DNA of 61,021 nucleotides, taken from positions 1-61,021 of the forward strand of contig CAKOQM010000002.1 of the NCBI GenBank assembly GCA_934101275.1. Direction: 5' to 3'. The notes beneath the pieces are model-generated. The model worked only from the letters and a program-made list of their open reading frames with translations, ran no database searches and was not told the DNA's origin. Below, piece after piece: positions 48,891 through 58,385 of the stretch. Numbering within the stretch: position 1 is the first letter of the stretch; every line of letters begins with the position of its first letter. The DNA is from an uncultured Bacilli bacterium. Lineage in GTDB: Bacteria > Bacillota_I > Bacilli_A > RF39 > UBA660. The position numbers and the translations under genes are program-made.

Positions 48891-50313
48891 ATGAAACAAA
48901 CATTTTCGAATAATAGAAGAAGAACCTCAAAACCGAAAATATGTTCGGGGGGGGGGTTCTTCTTATAAATTAGGTAAATATAAAGAAGAAAAGGAAAGAA
49001 AAAAACTCTTATATTTATTCTTGAACATATTTTTGTTAATTCTAACAGTTAGTTATTTTTATAAGAGCTATGCTTTATATGAAGAAAAGAAAAACTTTGA
49101 TGCTATTAATGGGACGGTAGAAGATCCTGGTGACATCTATTTTGCCTACTATGTTGATGGGCAAATATCAAGAACGATGCCCGATCAAAACACAGGTTAT
49201 ACTTTAGATGAAGAAAAATCAAACTGTAATAATGGTGTAACCTTATCATTTGACCATAGCACGTGGGAAGCTAAAGAAATTTATACGAATTACAATACAT
49301 CGACAAATACAAGAACAAAATGTACTTTATATTTCAATAAAACTTCAAAAACAATCTCAACAGTTTTAGGTAATTTAGAAGTAAACTCTTATACACCTGA
49401 TTTTACAAAGTCAGCGTGTGATGATGATAGTTGTGAATCGCATGAAAAAGGAATCTATGAAACCACGGATTATGATGGTAATCCTACTTACTACTACAGA
49501 GGCTCTGTGGAAAACAATTATGTGAAATTTGCAGGATACTATTGGCGCATTATTCGCATTAACAGTAATGGATCCATTCGAATGATTTATGATGGAACAG
49601 TAGCCCATGATAACGGAGAGGTATCAACCGATCGTCAATATGGTACAAGTGCTTTTAATTCTAATGCAAATAATAATATGTATCTAGGTTATATGTATAC
49701 TTCTGGTGCAGCACATGGCCTAGGCACCTCCTCTGTTATAAAAGTAGCAAATGACCAATTTTATACGGATAAACTTTCAAGCTATGCTTCAAAAATAGAT
49801 ACCACAGTAGGTTTCTGTGGAGATCGATCTACCTTAATTTTACAAAATGGCGTGGGTACTGGAACCGTTGTTACTTATAATAAAGGTTATTTAAGATTGG
49901 AAGAAAGTACACCAACCTTAACGTGTGAAAATGAGTTGGATTATTATACCGTGTCATCATCTTCATTAGGTAATAAAGCTTTAACACATTCCATAGGACT
50001 GATTAGTCTGGATGAGGTCTTACTAGCCGGTCATGGCGGCGGAGTGTTTGATGGAAAATATAATCATCAAAAGACAAATTCAAAAAGTTATTTAATAACA
50101 GGTGGTCCATTTTGGACGTTGACCCCAACGGGTGGTTATAATCCATATGGTTATTACGGTTGGTCAGCTATTATGTTACTTGTAACTAATAGTGGAACAA
50201 TAACAGACTCAAGTGCAAGTTACGTATATGGTCTACGTCCTGTTATTAATATTCGTTCGGATGTTACTGTTACAGGTAGTGGTACCAAAACAGATCCTTA
50301 TATTATTAATTAA
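48891..50313 (+). CDS. membrane-anchored surface protein, paralogue of 14252-16276; out of frame at the G10 tract as sequenced (ORF-track part is 49021-50313)
   Basis: ATG 48891 reads MKQTFSNNRRRTSKPKICSGGGFFL*, with the stop at 48966. Removing one G would fuse it to ...SSYKLGKYKEEKERKKLLYLFLNIFLLILTVSYFY..., which gives a basic tail, a full TM helix and the 430-aa body with YYYRGSVENNYVKFAGYYWRIIRINSNGSIRMIYDGT and GLRPVINI. Confidence 0.7.
48947..48956 (+). repeat. G10 homopolymer inside the 5' coding region of a surface-protein gene
   Basis: cGGGGGGGGGGtt, ten consecutive G in a very AT-rich genome. It lies 56 nt downstream of an ATG with a good RBS (AAGAGG). Confidence 0.95.
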
Positions 50314-50376
50314 ATGTCTTAAAAAAATATCCAAAATTCCTCATTCTATGTTAGGATAAAATTAGTAAAAATAGAA

Positions 50377-51838
50377 ATGGGGGAAGCTGATTTAACAACA
50401 CCTTGGTATTCCTATGCAGATAAAAAATGGGCCAATGTTGTTATTTTACAAAATAGTTATGATGCTTTAACTTCCGAAGGTAAAATTGTTGGAGCGAATC
50501 CAGAAAAAAATGACAAATATTCGAATTTAAGCGCTATTGATGTTTATCAAACGGTCCTTTATAATCGAACGTTATCTGATGAAGAAATCAAAGCTAATAT
50601 GAGTGATACTATCAAAGTAACCAATAGTGAAGGGCTTTTATCTTATGTGGATTTTACAAACAAAAAAGATTATGAAGATAATGAAGTAATTCCTGAAGAT
50701 ATCATTGAGTCTTATTTTGTTTGGATACCCAAATATCGTTATAAGTTATGGGATTTAGGTAATTATGGTAGTTTAACAGGACTTGATACAACAAAAGTTC
50801 ATACGATTGATGTTTTATTTGGGGATTATAATACTTCTGATGAAAATAAAAAAGAATGTACCACCCCAATGAAAAGTGGTGCAAGAGAAAACTGCAAAGT
50901 TGGAGATTATATGACGCATCCATCATTTTTAAGTATTCCAAGTACCGGTTTTTGGGTAGGCAAGTTTGAAACAGGGGTAAAAGGTAGTACAACAACATTA
51001 ACCGATTTAGATGTATCAAAGATAGCCATTAAATCGAATACATATGGTCTTATAAGTAATTTAGCTGTAGCTCATTTAAATGCTTATAATTACAAACGTT
51101 CTTTAGATAGTCATGTCATGAAAAATACAGAGTGGGGGAGCTATCGCTTATCTTAGTCATTCATCTTATGGAAGTGCTTCTAATATTCGCATAAATAATA
51201 ATTCGAGTTCCAAAACGGGATATGCGTCTAATAATGAACCAACTTGTGGTTATACTGGTCAAAGCGATAGTTGTAATACGTATTGTAATGATGGTACATG
51301 CAACAGCCCTTATAATACAAGTACCGGTTATCTTGCAAGTACAACAGGTAATATTTATGGGGTTTATGATATGAGTGGCATGTCGACAAAAGTTATGGGA
51401 ATCATATTAGATCCAAATGGTCAACCTTATAGTGGGTCTAGCGCTTCTTATAACTTCGGCTTTAACGGATTATTTGGTTCTCCAAAGTTTGGTAGTGATG
51501 ATGGTTCTATAACAGAACTTACAACGGATATTTCATATCCTGATGAAAAATACTATGACGCTTATATCTACAATAAAGCTCGCCATGATTATAGAATGCG
51601 TATTTTAGGGGATGCGATGGGAGAAATGGGACCATACGTGTGGCAATTATGGGGTGGAAATTTTGGCACAGCCGTGACCTCTTGGTATGGTGATTTAATG
51701 GATCAAAACATTGCGACTTATCCAATTATCGATCGTGGTTATAGTTGTACTGGCGGAACTTTTTCAGGAATTTTTGCTCTGCAAAGTGGTTATGGCAGAG
51801 GATCGTTTTTTAAATTAATTTTAACTCCAACCGTTTAA
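50377..51838 (+). pseudogene. surface-protein family member, frameshifted and lacking an N-terminal anchor
   Basis: ORF 50377-51156 ends ...NTEWGSYRLS*. The adjacent frame, open from 51122, reads ...GAIAYLSHSSYGS...GNIYGVYDMSGMST and continues into ORF 51371-51838. The switch falls at a G5 run (51134-51138). No signal peptide or TM helix is seen at the N-terminus. Confidence 0.6.
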
Positions 51839-51954
51839 ATAAAGGCTTTCAAAGGCCTTTTTTTCATAATATGTCGGAATTTGACAAACGATTTTTTCGT
51901 AAAAAAAAAGGAAATCACCGATTTTTTTTGAATATATAAGTAGGAGGAAAAATT

Positions 51955-54642
51955 ATGAAAAGAATTTTTAAGTTTGTCGTAGCTTTAATGTTGTTTTCAT
52001 TAACACAAGTTAAAGCTATTGCATTTTCGTCTTCTTACATAGGCAGTTATCATTATGTTGAAGACTCGGGAAGGTGGGGTGATTTTGAAATTTTTTATCG
52101 ACAAGACAATCACAAAATCGCCTATTGTATCCAACCAGGTGTAAATAAGACGACAGAAAATTATGAAGAATATAAAGGGTTAGATGAAGAAGAATTAGCA
52201 CTAAAGGTGGGCTTAACAAAAGAAAAATTGGAAGAAATAAGTTTGTATGCTTATTATGGTTATGGTTATACGGGACATTACAGTGATGAGTGGTATATTG
52301 CCACACAAGCATTAATATGGAATGCTTTAGGTCATTCTTATAGTTTTACGTCTCAAAATAATCCAAGTAATCCATGGGCTTATAAAATTGATGTTCCAGA
52401 CATCATTAAAACAAATATGGATAGTATTTTACGTTTGGTTCAAAATCACAAAAAGATTCCGTCAAACATAGATAACAAACATTTTGAGTTAAGTTATAAA
52501 ACTCCTTATGTTATTACTGATCCAAGTTTAGTAGATTATAAACTTGATGAAGAAAATCCAGATGTTGTTTTAGACGGTGATACGTTAACAATTACGCCTC
52601 ATGAAAAAGGCCTAAAAAAAGTATCTTTAACACTTAAAAGAAAATATAATTTCTATTTAGAAGGAATTATTGTTTATCATCATGATACGGGACAAGATTT
52701 AATGCAACCAGGTAATGTAAGAAGTACATTTAGCCTCACTTATGAAAGTTATGCAGGTTCTTTAAAACTTCATAAATATGATGAAGAAACCAAATCTTGT
52801 CAAAGTATCGGGAAAAGAAATTTAGATGGCGCTTTATATGGTGTATATAAAGAAGATGGCTTATTGTTTGAAAATCTCGTTATTGAAAATTGTGAAGCGT
52901 CTTTAGATAATATTCCCATTGGTAAATATTATATACAAGAAATAAAAGCACCTTACGGTTATCTTTTAGATGATCAAAAATACTTTTTTGAAATGACAAA
53001 AGATAATATACAAACGCCTTATGAAATAACAGTTTATGATAAAGTTAAAAAAACACTACTTAAAATTAATAAAAAGTATTTAGCTTATCATAATATTTTG
53101 TTAAATGAAGAAGAGGCAACATTCAAAATTTATAGTAATACAACGCATGAAGAAATCGGAGAAATTAGCACGGATAGTTTAGGTAATGCAAGTATTGAAC
53201 TTCCTTATGATACGTATACTTTAGTACAAGTCAAAGGGAAAGAAAATTATAATTTTACACCGAATGAAACAATTACCGTGGATGATCTTACTCAAGATGA
53301 GGTAAATCTTTATTTGGTAAACCATCCTAATTATGGATCATTAAAAATAAAAAAATATGATGAAGATTCTAAAACGTGTTCTTCCTTTGGGACGTCTTCT
53401 TTAGAAGGAGCTATTTATGGACTTTACCTTCCAGATGGCACTTTAGTTGAAGAAATTACCCTTCATAATTGTGAAGCAAATGTGGATAACCTTATTTTAG
53501 GAAATTATTATCTTCAAGAAATAAAATCACCTTATGGTTATGAACTTGATTTAGAAAAGCATTATGTTACGTTAAATAAAGAGACTTTAGAAATTACGCT
53601 TTACGATAAAAGAAAAGAAGTATCTTTGAAAATCAAAAAGCAATATCATTATGATACAGATAATTATTTTAATGAAGAAAAGGCCGTTTTTAAAATTTAT
53701 GATAAGTTAACCAATACGCTTGTTAAGACGCTTACCACAGATGAAAGTGGGGAGGCTTCTGTAACACTTTGGTATGGCAAGTATATTATCAAACAAGTCA
53801 AAGGTTTAGCTAATTATGAATTTATTTCCGATGAAGAATTTGAAATTAATGATGATACCCCAGAGCTTTCTAAAACTTTTATCAATGAACCTTTTAAAAG
53901 AAGAATTCATTTAGTTAAAGTTACGAAAGGTACTCATAAAAGAATTTACTTAGATAATATTGCTTTTAAAATTTATGATGTAGAAAGGAAAAAATATATT
54001 TGTGAAAATGAGGATTGTCTTTATGAAACAAATCTTTTTGGAGAGTTTATGACAGGTTACTTATTTCCATCTACTTATGTTATTGAAGAAGTAAAAAAGA
54101 AAAATGATAATCTTCTTTATAATCCTTTGAAAATAGAAGTGAAAATTGGTGAAGAAAGTGATGAAATTACTTTGGTTTTTTTTGAAAATGAAGTGGTTAC
54201 TGGAAAAGTCATTGTGAATAAAACTAACGAAACGGGTGAGGCTTTAGAAGGGGTTTTATTTGGTCTTTATGCAAAAGAAGACATTTATGATGTGAATAAA
54301 AAAATTATTTATCGTCAAGGTGAATTCATTAGTAAAGGTTATACCAATGAGCAAGGTCAAATTATTTTTGAAAATTTGCCTCTAGGTTCTTATTTGGTTA
54401 AAGAATTAGAAACCTTAGAAGGATATTTATTATCTGAAGAAGAATATGATGTGGAACTTTTATATCAAGATGAAGACACACCCGTTATTTTAAAGGAACT
54501 TTCTCTTATCAATATACTCGTTCCTAATACGAAGAAAGAATCTCTTTTACCTTTAGTACTTTTCCTTGGTTTAAGTTTAAAAGGATGGATGGTTTTCTAT
54601 GCGAAAAAAAAGCATTCTTTTGTTACTTCTCTTAATAAGTAG
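51955..54642 (+). CDS. cell-wall-sorted adhesin: thioester (TQxA) domain plus repeated SpaA/Cna-B-type domains
   Basis: Signal peptide MKRIFKFVVALMLFSLTQVKA. Thioester-domain pair IAYCIQPG (Cys) and YIATQALIW (Gln). Duplicated module GSLK(L/I)(H/K)KYDE(E/D)(T/S)K(S/T)C...YY(I/L)QEIK(A/S)PYGY at 52756-53334 and 53335-53860. C-terminal sorting signal LVPNTK, a hydrophobic helix, then AKKKH. Confidence 0.8.
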   Translation: MKRIFKFVVALMLFSLTQVKAIAFSSSYIGSYHYVEDSGRWGDFEIFYRQDNHKIAYCIQPGVNKTTENYEEYKGLDEEELALKVGLTKEKLEEISLYAYYGYGYTGHYSDEWYIATQALIWNALGHSYSFTSQNNPSNPWAYKIDVPDIIKTNMDSILRLVQNHKKIPSNIDNKHFELSYKTPYVITDPSLVDYKLDEENPDVVLDGDTLTITPHEKGLKKVSLTLKRKYNFYLEGIIVYHHDTGQDLMQPGNVRSTFSLTYESYAGSLKLHKYDEETKSCQSIGKRNLDGALYGVYKEDGLLFENLVIENCEASLDNIPIGKYYIQEIKAPYGYLLDDQKYFFEMTKDNIQTPYEITVYDKVKKTLLKINKKYLAYHNILLNEEEATFKIYSNTTHEEIGEISTDSLGNASIELPYDTYTLVQVKGKENYNFTPNETITVDDLTQDEVNLYLVNHPNYGSLKIKKYDEDSKTCSSFGTSSLEGAIYGLYLPDGTLVEEITLHNCEANVDNLILGNYYLQEIKSPYGYELDLEKHYVTLNKETLEITLYDKRKEVSLKIKKQYHYDTDNYFNEEKAVFKIYDKLTNTLVKTLTTDESGEASVTLWYGKYIIKQVKGLANYEFISDEEFEINDDTPELSKTFINEPFKRRIHLVKVTKGTHKRIYLDNIAFKIYDVERKKYICENEDCLYETNLFGEFMTGYLFPSTYVIEEVKKKNDNLLYNPLKIEVKIGEESDEITLVFFENEVVTGKVIVNKTNETGEALEGVLFGLYAKEDIYDVNKKIIYRQGEFISKGYTNEQGQIIFENLPLGSYLVKELETLEGYLLSEEEYDVELLYQDEDTPVILKELSLINILVPNTKKESLLPLVLFLGLSLKGWMVFYAKKKHSFVTSLNK

Positions 54643-55141
54643 TTTCTTCTTTTTCTCTTTGAAAAAAGCAAGTAGAGTAACAAATATTTTATCTTCACCT
54701 TTTTCTTTTGATCAATATGCTTTTATAACTCATGAAAAACGAAAAAAAGCGTCTTTAATAGGTATTCTTGAAATATCTAAGTTAAATCTTCATCAAAACC
54801 TATATGAGAAGGATTCTAAAGAAAATAATGTTGATAAAAATGTCACTCTTTTAACGGATATGTGTCTTTTAAAGGAGGATTGTACGCTTGTCTTGGCCGC
54901 GCATTCTGGCTCAAGTGCTATCGCGTATTTTAAAAATTTGGATAAACTAACCATCGGTGATGAAGCTATGTTGCATTATCAAAATAAAACGTACCTTTTT
55001 GAACTTTTTTCTACGGAGAAAGTTTCAAAAAACGGTCAACTTATTCTAAAAAAAGAAAAAGGAAAATATTTACTCTTAACAACGTGTGATAAACAAGATG
55101 AAACTAAGCAAGACGTGTATTACTTCTATTTAAAGGATTAA
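54599..55141 (+). CDS. sortase-family transpeptidase
   Basis: 180 aa. N-terminal TM helix, His motif LVLAAHSG, Cys motif LLLTTCD. Overlaps the 3' end of the adhesin gene. Confidence 0.75.
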   Translation: MRKKSILLLLLLISSFFFFSLKKASRVTNILSSPFSFDQYAFITHEKRKKASLIGILEISKLNLHQNLYEKDSKENNVDKNVTLLTDMCLLKEDCTLVLAAHSGSSAIAYFKNLDKLTIGDEAMLHYQNKTYLFELFSTEKVSKNGQLILKKEKGKYLLLTTCDKQDETKQDVYYFYLKD

Positions 55142-55144
55142 AAA

Positions 55145-55172
55145 AACACTTAATTTTTAGAAGTGTTTTTTT
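55145..55172 (+). terminator. terminator after the sortase gene
   Basis: AACACTT (55145-55151), 9-nt loop, AAGTGTT (55161-55167), then a run of T. Confidence 0.7.
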
Positions 55173-55210
55173 ATGCCAATCTTCATAAGGATCAAAATTA
55201 TGTTCTTTTC

Positions 55211-55375
55211 CTATTTTATATGATTTTCTCTGGCTACTTTAACGGCTTCGCAGCCATTATTTGAAGTTATACTTGCTCCTTTTGTTACCATGAAAACAGG
55301 TAAGTCATATTTCTGGGCTAGTTTTTTAACCTCGTTACAAAACAATCTAGCCTTTTCCAAATCTTTTTTGTTCAT
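55211..55375 (-). CDS. 54-aa ORF translationally coupled to fhs (below ORF-track cutoff)
   Basis: MNKKDLEKARLFCNEVKKLAQKYDLPVFMVTKGASITSNNGCEAVKVARENHIK*. Its ATG overlaps the fhs stop (TAATG). Confidence 0.35.
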   Translation of the reverse strand: MNKKDLEKARLFCNEVKKLAQKYDLPVFMVTKGASITSNNGCEAVKVARENHIK

Positions 55376-56973
55376 TATGTAATTCCTCCTATTTGTAAGT
55401 TATTATCTATCGTCATCAAAAGGGCATTTGGATTCTTAGGTAGACCTGGCATATCAACAATATTACCTAGGAAAACGATAATAAAACCGGCCCCATTTTT
55501 TAGTTCAATATTGCAAACGTTTATCGTATAATCCGTTGGATTTCCTAATTTTGTTTTATCATCACTGAAAGAGTATTGGGTTTTGGCTATACATATGGGT
55601 AGTTTATCTAAGTTTAATTCGGTTAATTTTTTGATTTTTAAAAGAGCTTCATCAGTATATACAATGTTTTTGGCATGATAAATTTCTTGACATATCGTTT
55701 CTATTTTCTTTGTTAAAGGACTATTTAAATCATAAAGAAAATGAAAATCTTTTTCTTTTTCTGTTAAAGCGATGATTTTTTTAGCCACTTCACTAGCGCC
55801 TTTACTTCCTTCTTCATAGGCTTTTGATATTTCAAAAGGCATTTGTTTTTTTTCTAGAAAGTCTTTAATAAATTGAATTTCTTCAAGAGTATCTTCTCTA
55901 AAATGATTTAAAACAACTAAAATATGGGAAGTAAACTTTTTTAGGTTATTGATATGGGCTTCTAAATTTACAATGCCTTTTTTTAAGTAATCTAAAGAAG
56001 GTGTGGTAATTTCTTCTTTAGGGCATAAACCGTTATGTTTTAAGGCTCTTAAAGTGACATTTAAAATGACTAAATCGGGAGCTATATTATGTCTACAGAC
56101 AATATCAAAAAACTTTTCAGCTCCTAAATCAGCCCCAAAACCAGCTTCAGTGATAACGTAATCCTGCAAAGAAAGGGCCATTTTTAAAGAAATGAGTGAA
56201 CTACAACCATGAGCAATATTTGCAAAAGGTCCTCCGTGAACGATGACTGGATTATTTTCTAAACTTTGAACTAAATTCGGTTTTAAGGCGTCTTTAAGTA
56301 AAATAGCCAGACTATCTACACATTTTAAATCACGAGCAAAAATAGGCTTTTTATCATAGGTGTATCCAACTAAAATATCTCCTAATCGTTTTTTTAAATC
56401 ATCCAAATTTTCTGTTAAACATAAGATAGCCATAATTTCACTTGCCGCGGTAATGGTAAATTTTTCTTCACGATTATTTAATTTTACGTGCCGTAAGGCC
56501 CGGTCGTTCACATCTAAACAACGATGAAAACAAATACTTTGAGGATCGATATTAAGTTTATTTCCTTGAAAAATATGATTATCAATTAAAGAACATAAAA
56601 GATTGTTTGCTGAAGTTATTGCGTGCATATCGCCTGTAAAATGAAGATTAATATCTTCGCTTGGAATAATTTGTGATTTTCCCCCACCAGTAGCGCCACC
56701 TTTTATCCCAAAAACCGGTCCCATGGAAGGTTCTCTTAAAACGGCTATACTTTCTTTTCCAAGATGTCTTAAGGCATCATTTATTCCTATTGCTAGTGTT
56801 GTTTTTCCTTCTCCATAAGGAGTTGGATGAATAGATGTTACTAAGATAAGTTTACCTTTCATTTTTTCTGGGATATTTACGGGATTTATTTTTGCTTTAA
56901 AATGTCCAAAACATTCTAAATTTTCATTGTTAATCTTTATTTTTTGCACGACTTCTGTTATTTTTTCTATCAT
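55375..56973 (-). CDS. fhs: formate--tetrahydrofolate ligase
   Basis: 532 aa. ...VTSIHPTPYGEGKTT..., GGATGGG and family-wide collinearity. Confidence 0.95.
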   Translation of the reverse strand: MIEKITEVVQKIKINNENLECFGHFKAKINPVNIPEKMKGKLILVTSIHPTPYGEGKTTLAIGINDALRHLGKESIAVLREPSMGPVFGIKGGATGGGKSQIIPSEDINLHFTGDMHAITSANNLLCSLIDNHIFQGNKLNIDPQSICFHRCLDVNDRALRHVKLNNREEKFTITAASEIMAILCLTENLDDLKKRLGDILVGYTYDKKPIFARDLKCVDSLAILLKDALKPNLVQSLENNPVIVHGGPFANIAHGCSSLISLKMALSLQDYVITEAGFGADLGAEKFFDIVCRHNIAPDLVILNVTLRALKHNGLCPKEEITTPSLDYLKKGIVNLEAHINNLKKFTSHILVVLNHFREDTLEEIQFIKDFLEKKQMPFEISKAYEEGSKGASEVAKKIIALTEKEKDFHFLYDLNSPLTKKIETICQEIYHAKNIVYTDEALLKIKKLTELNLDKLPICIAKTQYSFSDDKTKLGNPTDYTINVCNIELKNGAGFIIVFLGNIVDMPGLPKNPNALLMTIDNNLQIGGIT

Positions 56974-57427
56974 AATTCATTGCCTCCATCATTAAATATA
57001 ATTATATGATCATTTTATCATATTTATTTTTGCTTTCAACTTAAACTTGATAATCATGGCTTTTTGAGGTAATGTATTAACCATAAACAAAAAGGGGAAT
57101 TTTGATATATATTTTATAATATTTATTGAAATTTTAATGCTTAAATTGTGTACATACATGCCAATTTGCAAGTGTGTTTCTAAATTGACATAATTATTTT
57201 AATTTTATAAATACTTTAGCATAAAATTTAGTGTTTTAAAATTCGAACTATAAACGGTTCGAGTTTCAATCAATCTGGTGTTGACGACGTAGAAGTCTAC
57301 AACTTTATTAACGAATTTAATATCATTTTAACGCATATATAATATTTTTTCCACTTTCAACCATAACAATTGCTATCATTTTCACTAATTATTCATAATA
57401 TTCGGTCACTATATATTTTTAAACAAG

Positions 57428-57451
57428 AAAAAACGAACTATTTCTAGTTCG
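57428..57451 (-). terminator. minus-strand terminator-like hairpin
   Basis: On the minus strand: CGAACTA, loop gaaa, TAGTTCG, then TTTTTTCTTGTTT. Confidence 0.5.
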
Positions 57452-57550
57452 GATAAATCTTTAATGGTGCCAGTCGTATGCAGGTCTAACAACAACTAAG
57501 CAAAAAGACGATAGTAAGCAATAAACTTACTAACTAGATATATAATATCA

Positions 57551-57579
57551 CAAATAAAAAGAAATGGAAAGTCCATTTC
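57551..57579 (-). terminator. terminator of the 246-aa ORF
   Basis: On the minus strand: GAAATGG, loop acttt, CCATTTC, then TTTTTATTT. It lies 4 nt after the stop codon. Confidence 0.6.
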
Positions 57580-57582
57580 AAA

Positions 57583-58323
57583 TTATCTTTTTATAGGATT
57601 TGTCATTTTATCATTATTCAATTTTGTTTCAACACATAATTTCAAAATTTCAGGAGATACAACTTCTAAGGTATTTTGAATTAAAGGATTTTTTTCACGT
57701 ATATATTCAAAATCAACAGAAGTATCATCTTCTATATATGTAGCGTTAGTTCCATTTTCAATATACATATCAAATGTATTTTGAATAAATTGATTATTTA
57801 CAACAGAATAATTATCTGAATAATATACTTGAGTTTGAATTTTACCAGGTGCAATAACTAATCCAGCAGATTTTTCATTCTCATAAATATTTAAGCACAT
57901 TTTTTCAAATTGTTCTTTATCATCATAAAAAAAGTGCAAAGATGTTGTCCCATGACTTATCTTTTTGTATTTTTTATCACTTTCTCCATAATGTTCAACA
58001 TATGTACCATTTGGATCTTCAATATATTCTCTATCATATTTAACTAGTTCATTTATTCTAAAAAGACCATTTTGTTCATCATGACTAATATTTAATCTAT
58101 ATGATTTTTTTTCGCCCGAAACAAAAAAACTAAAAGCACTAAACAATTCTTTAATATTAGATGTACTTATTGATTCAATAGAATCGTATCTTTTTTTATA
58201 GTGTGTTTCCATTTTAGTATTATTATCATTATCAATAAAATAAACTTCTTGTCCTTCTATCTTCATACAGATTCCAAAATTTGTTAATAATTCATTTACT
58301 TTTTCTATATTCATATATTTCAA
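57583..58323 (-). CDS. 246-aa hypothetical protein (cargo of the mobilisable element)
   Basis: A long ORF with its own terminator, co-oriented with the relaxase gene. No motif was recognised. Confidence 0.5.
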   Translation of the reverse strand: MKYMNIEKVNELLTNFGICMKIEGQEVYFIDNDNNTKMETHYKKRYDSIESISTSNIKELFSAFSFFVSGEKKSYRLNISHDEQNGLFRINELVKYDREYIEDPNGTYVEHYGESDKKYKKISHGTTSLHFFYDDKEQFEKMCLNIYENEKSAGLVIAPGKIQTQVYYSDNYSVVNNQFIQNTFDMYIENGTNATYIEDDTSVDFEYIREKNPLIQNTLEVVSPEILKLCVETKLNNDKMTNPIKR

Positions 58324-58385
58324 CTCCCATCTATAGTTAATTATAGCACATAATTATAAAATATTATTTATTTTTTACAATAATT

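Noticed and set aside
49411-52312. Minus-strand ORFs 49411-49608, 50702-51019, 51519-51725 and 52016-52312
   Set aside because: They are antisense to the surface-protein and adhesin genes, with no RBS and no recognisable domains.
57243-57275. tRNA gene suggested by GGTTCGAGT (T-loop-like)
   Set aside because: The sequence following the T-loop-like segment (TTCAA) cannot pair with the preceding bases to form a T-stem. No acceptor stem, anticodon arm or CCA context can be built. At most it is a tRNA-derived attachment-site remnant.
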